64,000 nt of DNA, taken from positions 64,001 to 128,000 of the forward strand of contig CBDCCS010000018.1 of the NCBI GenBank assembly GCA_965214935.1, given 5' to 3'. The DNA comes from Candidatus Velthaea sp. (GTDB lineage Bacteria; Vulcanimicrobiota; Vulcanimicrobiia; Vulcanimicrobiales; Vulcanimicrobiaceae). Below are positions 57,390 through 64,000 of this stretch, piece after piece. The first letter of the stretch is position 1. The number at the start of each line of letters is the position of its first letter. The notes under the pieces are model-generated. The model did not search any database. It was not told the origin of the DNA and saw only the letters and a list, made by a program, of their open reading frames with translations. The position numbers were made by a program, and so were the translations under genes.

Positions 57390-59329
57390 CAGGCGTTCTC
57401 CAACACAAAGCGCGTTACGGTTTGCACGAACGCGCCGACTTCGGCATTCGGTGCGACGACGTCGGGCGGGAACCCGCAGGCGTCCGCGCTGCTCGATGAC
57501 GCCGGTCCCATCGCAGCGACAACCGGGCGCTGTCCATTGTCGCGCAGCCCGGCTAAGTACTCGGTAATGGCCATCACCGAGCCCGACGAGGGGAACAAGA
57601 TCGCGGTCGGCAGACGGTCGCCGAGCGCCGCGCGCGCGGCCGCGCTATCGACAGCTTCGATGACCTCGGCACCGGCGTCGCGGAACGCCGGTGCAATCCG
57701 GCTCGGCCGATCTTGCGTGCGCGGCAGCAGAAACAGCCGCCCGGCCAACGGAGGCGGCGCGGTCGCTTCGAGGATCATCGCCCCGCCGTCGGCCAACAGC
57801 CGGTGCGCAAGTTCGACGGCCAAGGCTTCGGCCGTGGCAACCGCCTCCGGGCCGAAACCGGTGATGGCCGTATGACGCTCGCCGCGCACGACGCGCGAGC
57901 CGTCAAGCGCAGCAATCACGCCGCTGACGTGTACGGCGCCGTCGGCGACGGTCGCGTGCGCGCCGACCGGCGCCTGGCACCCGCCGCGTAAGGTCCGCAG
58001 AAACGCACGCTCGGTGCGGACGCACAGATTGGTTTGCGCATGCGTAAGCGCGGCTGCAATCCGCTCGGTGTTACGGTCGCCGCCGCGCGTCTCAATTGCC
58101 AGCGCACCCTGTCCGACGGCCGGGATCAATTCGGCCGGATCGAACGGCACCGTGTACGTTGCACCAACGCCCAGCCGCCGCAAACCGGCGCAGGCCAGCA
58201 CGATCGCGTCGTACGCACCGTCTTTGAGCTTCCGCAAGCGCGTATCGACGTTACCGCGGATGTCATCGTAGGTGAGGTCACCGCGCAACGCTGTCAGTTG
58301 TGCGCGCCGGCGCGGACTTGAGGTGCCCACGCGCGCACCCGGCGGTAGCGCGGCGAAATTCGCGTAGCGCTCGCTGCAAAACGCGTCGCGCGGATCTTCG
58401 CGCTCGGTGATCGCCGCGATCGTCATGTCCGCGGGCAGCGTGCTGGGCAGATCCTTACACGAATGGACGGCATAATCGGCGCGGCCGTCGCGCAGCGCGT
58501 TCTCGAGCTCTTTAACGAACAGGCTGTCGCCGCCGATCGCCGCGAGCGCGCGGTCTTGCACGGCATCACCTTTGGTGGTGATGTTCAGGACGGTCGATGC
58601 GATGCCGGCGGCGCCGAGTTGCGCCATCATCATGCGCGTCTGCACCATCGCAAGCGCGCTCGCGCGGGACGCGCACACCAGAATGCGCGGATCGGCGGGG
58701 ACGACGTTGGCGACCGTATCGGCGGCGCGTTCCACTTCGTGCTCCATTTCCGCTGACGGCATACCCGCCAGATCGTCGATATCGCGTTCGCTGAAATGCC
58801 GCATCACCGCTGCCCGGCTCGCCGGCGGGACAACGGCCAAAACGCGTTCGCGCAGGCGGCCTAACGTCGCTGCCGCGCGCGCATAGCGCGAATCGAATAG
58901 AATCGCCAACTCGTCGCGAATGCGTTTGGTGAAGCTGGGCGACAGGCCGCCCGAATCGACCGTGACGAGCAGCGGTCCCGAGCGGTGTACGGCCGGTGTC
59001 GAAAAATCGCCGCGTGCCGCATCGCCGGCATCGTTCACGAGCGCGCCGGCGGCGTGCGCGTCAGCGACGATCCCGGCGTTAACGCCGCTGTCGTCGGTCG
59101 CCGCAAACACGAGTAGCGTGCCGGCGGCGTCGGCCGGAACGTAGCGCCGCCTCAGCAACATGATGCTGCCGTCCGCCGCCAACCGGTCGATGTGCGCGGA
59201 CACATCGGGCGCAACGACGCTTACCTTGGCGCCGGCCTCGAGCAAACCGCGCACCTTACGTTCGGCGACCGGTCCGCCGCCGACGACGAGTGCGCGCCGT
59301 CCGCGCAGGGTGAGAATGATGGGATACAC
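57389..59329 (-). CDS. hemC: Fusion: precorrin-2 dehydrogenase/ferrochelatase (SirC/CysG-N) - hydroxymethylbilane synthase - HemD-like lobe
   Basis: YPI.L, VGGG.VA.RK; SR.S.LA..Q, VHSCKD, GTSSPRR, GGCQAP; C-terminal FPSSGSV, MGP.S. Confidence 0.9.
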   Translation of the reverse strand: MYPIILTLRGRRALVVGGGPVAERKVRGLLEAGAKVSVVAPDVSAHIDRLAADGSIMLLRRRYVPADAAGTLLVFAATDDSGVNAGIVADAHAAGALVNDAGDAARGDFSTPAVHRSGPLLVTVDSGGLSPSFTKRIRDELAILFDSRYARAAATLGRLRERVLAVVPPASRAAVMRHFSERDIDDLAGMPSAEMEHEVERAADTVANVVPADPRILVCASRASALAMVQTRMMMAQLGAAGIASTVLNITTKGDAVQDRALAAIGGDSLFVKELENALRDGRADYAVHSCKDLPSTLPADMTIAAITEREDPRDAFCSERYANFAALPPGARVGTSSPRRRAQLTALRGDLTYDDIRGNVDTRLRKLKDGAYDAIVLACAGLRRLGVGATYTVPFDPAELIPAVGQGALAIETRGGDRNTERIAAALTHAQTNLCVRTERAFLRTLRGGCQAPVGAHATVADGAVHVSGVIAALDGSRVVRGERHTAITGFGPEAVATAEALAVELAHRLLADGGAMILEATAPPPLAGRLFLLPRTQDRPSRIAPAFRDAGAEVIEAVDSAAARAALGDRLPTAILFPSSGSVMAITEYLAGLRDNGQRPVVAAMGPASSSSADACGFPPDVVAPNAEVGAFVQTVTRFVLENA

Positions 59330-59393
59330 GATACCTTCGTTTAAGCGTAACCCCCGGGACTCCGTGCTGACAACGACTAAACCTGGGGGTTCG

Positions 59394-61109
59394 ATGCCAC
59401 TCACCGACGCTGCGGCCCGGGTTCCCAGGCGCGCTGCGTTTCTCGGTGCACTCTTCGCCGCACTCGTGACCTTGCCGGGCCTGGGCGTCGGAACGCTATG
59501 GGACAACAGCGAGACCGCCTACGGCGAAGTCGCGCGTGAGATCCTCATCTATCACGATCCGCTCGTGATGCATCTCAACGGCATCGCGTGGTTTACGCAG
59601 CCGCCGCTCTATTTTTGGATCGCGGCGCTGTTTGCAAAAATCTTCGGCGTCGGCGCGTTTGCGATGCGCTTGCCGTCGGCGCTCGCAACAATTGCGATGG
59701 GCGGAGCGGTCGGATACGCCGCCGGGCGGATTGCCGGGAATCGAGCTGGTATCTACGCCGCAGTTATTCTGTCGACGAGCTTGATGCAAGCGATCGTCGG
59801 CCGGCTCGCGATCATGGACGCCTTACTTGATTTGGCCGTGACGGGCGCGATTTTCTGGTGGTTTCGCGCGCTTGAACCTGCGCGATCGCGCAATCGGCTC
59901 GACGGGCACACGCGCGTCGCTGCGCTGCTTGCAGGCAGTGCGGCGATTGCGCTCGGAACGCTCGCGAAAGGCCCCGTTGCGCCCGTCATTGTCGGACTGG
60001 TCATCGCGGGTTGGATGCTCTGGGAATGGCGTCTCGAGAGCCGCATCACGTTACCTCCGCTGCGCGCGTGGTTTGCTGCTGCACTTGTTTTCTGCGCCGT
60101 CGCGCTGCCATGGTTCGCGCTGCTCAGTTGGCGTGTCGGTCCGGGCGCGATGGTCGAGCTGATCGGCCACTACACGGTCGGACGCTATACCGGCGTCATC
60201 GAGAATCAGCGCGGTCCGTGGTTCTATTATCTGCCCGTCGTCGTGCTTGGTTTTTTTCCGTGGATTGCATTTGTTCCGGTGGCATTCGTGCGCGCTTGGC
60301 AGTCCGCAAACGATCGTGACGCGGCATTACTGCGCCTGGCGATCGTCTGGACCATTGTGCCGCTTGCATTCTTTAGTCTCGCGCAAACAAAGCTGCCGAA
60401 TTATATCGCACTGATACTGCCGGCGTTGGCAATCATCGTGGGTTTGTGGTTTAAGACGATGAGTGACGGACGCGACCGGCGCGCTGCAGTGATCTCGGCG
60501 GCGGTGGTTCCGCTAACGATCGGCTGTATCGCGTTCGCCATTATTGCGTTCGGCCGCAGTAATAAACTTGCGCTCGAAGCGGTCGCGCCGCAACTAGTAA
60601 CGCTGGCCGTCGGGATGCTCGTCGGCTCGATTGCAACGGTCGCGGCGATCGTTCGCCGCGGAACGCGCACAACTGCGCCGTACGTGCTTGCCGTTACCAG
60701 TTTATTGCTCGTCTTGTTCATCGCGTATATCGGCGTGCCGGTCGCCGAACGGCTCAAACCTATTCCGCAAATGGCGGCAATCATCAATCGTGCACGCGCG
60801 CCGGGTGACCGCGTTGCCATTCGCGGTGTATCCGGTGGAAACGGTTTGATCTTTTATACGGCGCCGGGCGTCGAAACAATCGATCCGGACGCCGATCGCA
60901 GCTTTTTAGAAGCGATTTGCGGCGGCAGTGCGGCGTACATTGTCACGCGAAGCGCCGATGTTTCCGCCCTTGCATCACTGACGCGACACGTTCGACGAAA
61001 CTTCAATCAACTCGACAGCAACGGAAAAACCGTGCTATTGCGCGTCGACGGTCCGCTATGTCCGCCCGGTTTACTCGTCGCCCGGCATCCCGACGGACAG
61101 ACAATGTAA
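59394..61109 (+). CDS. ArnT/PMT-like (GT83/GT39) membrane glycosyltransferase
   Basis: E..Y...ARE, PPLYFW, RLPSAL, LAKGP, FFPW, TKLPNYI. Confidence 0.9.
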   Translation: MPLTDAAARVPRRAAFLGALFAALVTLPGLGVGTLWDNSETAYGEVAREILIYHDPLVMHLNGIAWFTQPPLYFWIAALFAKIFGVGAFAMRLPSALATIAMGGAVGYAAGRIAGNRAGIYAAVILSTSLMQAIVGRLAIMDALLDLAVTGAIFWWFRALEPARSRNRLDGHTRVAALLAGSAAIALGTLAKGPVAPVIVGLVIAGWMLWEWRLESRITLPPLRAWFAAALVFCAVALPWFALLSWRVGPGAMVELIGHYTVGRYTGVIENQRGPWFYYLPVVVLGFFPWIAFVPVAFVRAWQSANDRDAALLRLAIVWTIVPLAFFSLAQTKLPNYIALILPALAIIVGLWFKTMSDGRDRRAAVISAAVVPLTIGCIAFAIIAFGRSNKLALEAVAPQLVTLAVGMLVGSIATVAAIVRRGTRTTAPYVLAVTSLLLVLFIAYIGVPVAERLKPIPQMAAIINRARAPGDRVAIRGVSGGNGLIFYTAPGVETIDPDADRSFLEAICGGSAAYIVTRSADVSALASLTRHVRRNFNQLDSNGKTVLLRVDGPLCPPGLLVARHPDGQTM

Positions 61110-61409
61110 ATCGATCTCGATAAGTGCACCGCGCGGAGCACCGTAACAGACACTTCGACGCGTACTTTGGTAGCGGTCCTAGATGAGCGTCATGGATGCG
61201 GATCTTTGAATCCCAGTAGTGGATTGGGCGCTTTGGCCGATTTGGGAACGTCCGATCACGCGCCTCGCACGTAACTGAGTTCTATTGTACACTCCTTGCG
61301 CATTAAAATAGAGCCGTTACGAACGTACAGTCGCGATAGTACAACTTACCTAAGCCGTTGTAAGACGCACTCTTACAGCTTGCACTGCTGATCTCACCTT
61401 TTTTGATCC

Positions 61410-62675
61410 TTATAGTGTGAGTGAAAATACGACTCCGAGCCCCGAATTGATTCCTGGGACGAAACTGCTTCCGCCCGCTGTAGCGGAACCGAAGAAAACG
61501 CCATTGAGATAAGTGAGGCCGCCGGATGGATACAAGCCGTTCGTACCATTGAAACGTTGAACTACGGTTTCTGTCCCACTCGGCGAAACGGAAAAGATCG
61601 TCCCGCAAGAAAGATACGGACCGTTACATGCGAGACCGCCGTAATTTGTCATCCCGTAAAGTACGCCGCCCACGTCGACTAGGTCGCCCGTCGGGTTGGC
61701 TCCGTCGGCGCCGCCTTTAAAGCTATATATGATGCGTTCATGGCCGAACAGGTCGACTGCAAAAACCGCTCCGAGATTATAAGCTCCGCCGTTGTATGAC
61801 GTGCCATAAAAAATTCCGTTGTTGTAGAGGAGCCGGCCCGGTTCCGCTCCATCGCTGGGCGAACCGGTGAAAGTATGCAAGATCGTTATTCCTGCGCTGT
61901 CGAGCCGATACACGACGCCGCATTTACAGTTTGCATCGCCGCCGATGGTCGTCGTGCCGTAGAGCGTATTATTGGCAGCGGTTAACACGTTCGGCGAGGC
62001 GCCGCGGGAACCGCCTGGAAAAACATACACGATTCTTGCGCCAGACGCTGACCGCTCGAAAATGCTGCCGAACGGCCCCGGTCCAGACTCTAACGTGCCG
62101 TACAATGCTCCGTTGAACTCAGTAAGGGAAGACGGCAACTGGTACCGGGAGTCCGCTTTTTGCAGTAAGCGATCCTCGCCGCTTGGAGTGATCTCATAGA
62201 GAATGCAACAGGTTGATGCCGATTGCACGGTCATCGTTCCGTAGAGATTTCCGTTGACGGCAAGCAGTGACGTACTCGGGTTTCCACTTTCCGTTGCCGA
62301 GCCGGTGAAGTAGTGGATGAAACTCACCGTACCGGGCGGAGTGACCTTATAAACGCCGCCGTAGTAAATGCCGCCGGATCCAGCGCCGCCGCCGAAGAAT
62401 ACGCCGTAGAGCGCGCCGTTCAATAAAGTGAGTGTATCGAGCGGCTCGTACGGCTGGCCTTGGGCAGTTCCGAATTGGTAAATCACCGAGTAACGTGGAA
62501 CGCCGGAACCAGTCCGGCCACGGTTGACGAACGTCGGCTTTGCGGCCGGCCGTTGCAACTGACCGGTCGCGGTTGTCGCAGCTTCCGCGCGATTCAGGTT
62601 ACAGACAGCAAGGTCGGCAAGCAAAAAAGCTGCTGCCGCGAAGAGCGCAAAGGGCAATTGCTGTTTTAACTTCAT
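61410..62675 (-). CDS. Secreted tandem-repeat (GloVer-type) beta-propeller-like protein
   Basis: About 7 repeats of G..P...L....G.LYG.T..GG....G.VF; signal peptide. Confidence 0.85.
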   Translation of the reverse strand: MKLKQQLPFALFAAAAFLLADLAVCNLNRAEAATTATGQLQRPAAKPTFVNRGRTGSGVPRYSVIYQFGTAQGQPYEPLDTLTLLNGALYGVFFGGGAGSGGIYYGGVYKVTPPGTVSFIHYFTGSATESGNPSTSLLAVNGNLYGTMTVQSASTCCILYEITPSGEDRLLQKADSRYQLPSSLTEFNGALYGTLESGPGPFGSIFERSASGARIVYVFPGGSRGASPNVLTAANNTLYGTTTIGGDANCKCGVVYRLDSAGITILHTFTGSPSDGAEPGRLLYNNGIFYGTSYNGGAYNLGAVFAVDLFGHERIIYSFKGGADGANPTGDLVDVGGVLYGMTNYGGLACNGPYLSCGTIFSVSPSGTETVVQRFNGTNGLYPSGGLTYLNGVFFGSATAGGSSFVPGINSGLGVVFSLTL

Positions 62676-63181
62676 GCCGCTAATCCTCAATTGGATTTGT
62701 TTGTCGGAACATAGGCGTTTTCACGTGCGGTGTTCGCCGGCGCAAATGCGCGGACTTTTTCACATTGCGACATATCGCAAACAAAAACTTCTTCAACCGG
62801 CCCTGCGTCGCTCTCGTTCGACGACAAGGCTGCGCAGACGAAATGCATCCATTTGTTTTAACGCTTCAGTAAATCCGTTAACCGCCGCATACCACTGTCC
62901 TGAGATGCGCAGACTTAAAATGGTGAACGGATTGGGGTGCAGTTGAGAACGAATGCAGCGGGTCGATCAAGGAGCGTTGTGCGCTTCTTGTGCTCACGGA
63001 GCCAACGACGCGAATCGCGGATGACTGCGGGTACGACCCGTGCTTTGTCAAGCGAGGATAGCCGGCCGCGAGTACTCGCGACGTTGTACACGGGTGCTTT
63101 GCATAAGAGGCAATGCGGCTAACTCGGCGACACCATTTCGACTTACGATGAAACGGTGATCCCGCTAGGAAATGAATGTAC

Positions 63182-63240
63182 TTGACAGATCAACGTAACA
63201 ACGTTATGTTCTCTCCATAACAACGTTATGGAGAGAACAT
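63182..63240 (+). promoter_or_regulatory. sigma70 promoter with two palindromic operators
   Basis: TTGACA-17-TATGTT; TAACAACGTTA at 63196-63206 and 63218-63228. Confidence 0.75.
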
Positions 63241-63604
63241 GATGACAATTAGCCAGGGAATGACATACACGCTTGCAGCCGGGCTGGTGGCCTTGTCGGC
63301 CCGAGCGGCATCGGCGCCGCGAGGCGCTGCTTTCGCATACGGTGTTCCGATTCCAAAAGACATCACTCCGACGCCGTACCTCGAGGTAAAAGCCAACCGC
63401 GATTTCGTTCTTGCTGCGTTGCTCGTCGTGACTGCATCCGCGAACCATTCCATTCTTGCCTTTGCACTTTTCAGCGGAGCGATCGCTCCGGCTGCCGACG
63501 CTTGGATCGTCAAGCGTCATGGGAAGTTATCGGGTACCGCCGTTCATCTTGGCACGGTCGCATACATGATCTTGGCAGGTGTGCTTGCCGCTTTACGGCA
63601 CTGA
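63239..63604 (+). CDS. DUF4267-like small membrane protein
   Basis: P..AA..YG.P, KA.RD, P..DA.IV, H..T; GGAG SD. Confidence 0.75.
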   Translation: MMTISQGMTYTLAAGLVALSARAASAPRGAAFAYGVPIPKDITPTPYLEVKANRDFVLAALLVVTASANHSILAFALFSGAIAPAADAWIVKRHGKLSGTAVHLGTVAYMILAGVLAALRH

Positions 63605-63730
63605 CATGGATGCCACGATCCTTGTATGCCACGTGTCTGCCGCCGTCGGCGTTGGGCCGCATTGCGCTCCGTGCTGGTCCTTCTTCGCTTTGGCGCCGGC
63701 GTAACGTTGGTGTCCGGGATCGTCCTCTAG

Positions 63731-63943
63731 GTGATTCTGCAAATAGTTCACCCGATATGGCTTTCGGTATCCCTTGCGTTGTTTGCACTGGTGGCCGCAG
63801 CGATAAGGCTTGTGATCGAGCCGGCCGCTAACGCTGTTTCCGAAAAGCCAAATCTGCAGCACCGGATTCGATTGACTGGCATCGCCTCGTCGGCGCTTAC
63901 CTTCTGTATCACCGTCCTTATGGTGTTGCGGCCGGATTTATGA
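63731..63943 (+). CDS. Possible small 2-TM protein
   Basis: 70 aa ORF with two hydrophobic segments; no SD seen. Confidence 0.4.
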   Translation: MILQIVHPIWLSVSLALFALVAAAIRLVIEPAANAVSEKPNLQHRIRLTGIASSALTFCITVLMVLRPDL

Positions 63944-64000
63944 CAACGACCAGCGCGTCAAAACAAAAGCTCCGTGGAACATCTCGAGACCACATCATTG

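Overview
GC-rich bacterial chromosome segment. The gene mix (secretin, GloVer-type repeat protein, unfamiliar secreted proteins) tentatively suggests an Eremiobacterota-like lineage; this is inference only. Bases 1-~4710 are visibly lower in GC and look like the end of a genomic island abutting the 3' end of tmRNA (ssrA, 4720-5193, minus), with arm-type repeats at the junction. The island carries the strongest candidate for a new system: a tightly coupled operon of RHH-like regulator, ASCH protein, PIN-GNAT-ASCH/PUA fusion and nucleotide-kinase-like P-loop protein. Facing it is a frameshifted gene for a degenerate DnaQ-like fold with a C-terminal membrane helix. The tmRNA is unusual: 474 nt, a 25-residue tag and a GGCAGUU T-loop. 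The rest is mostly core metabolism: secretin, pnp, ggt, rpsO, fni, PfpI, NAPRTase-like, PolX, GGDEF-EAL, Crp, MFS transporters, ilvE, a BMP-type ABC transporter, arginase, glpKD, a SARP/STAND regulator, a tetrapyrrole operon with a SirC-HemC-HemD-like triple fusion, and an ArnT-like glycosyltransferase. Several genes appear to need non-canonical start codons (ATC, CTG, possibly ATA and GTA). No CRISPR array, rRNA, tRNA or transposase was seen. All product calls come from motif recognition by eye; no searches were run.
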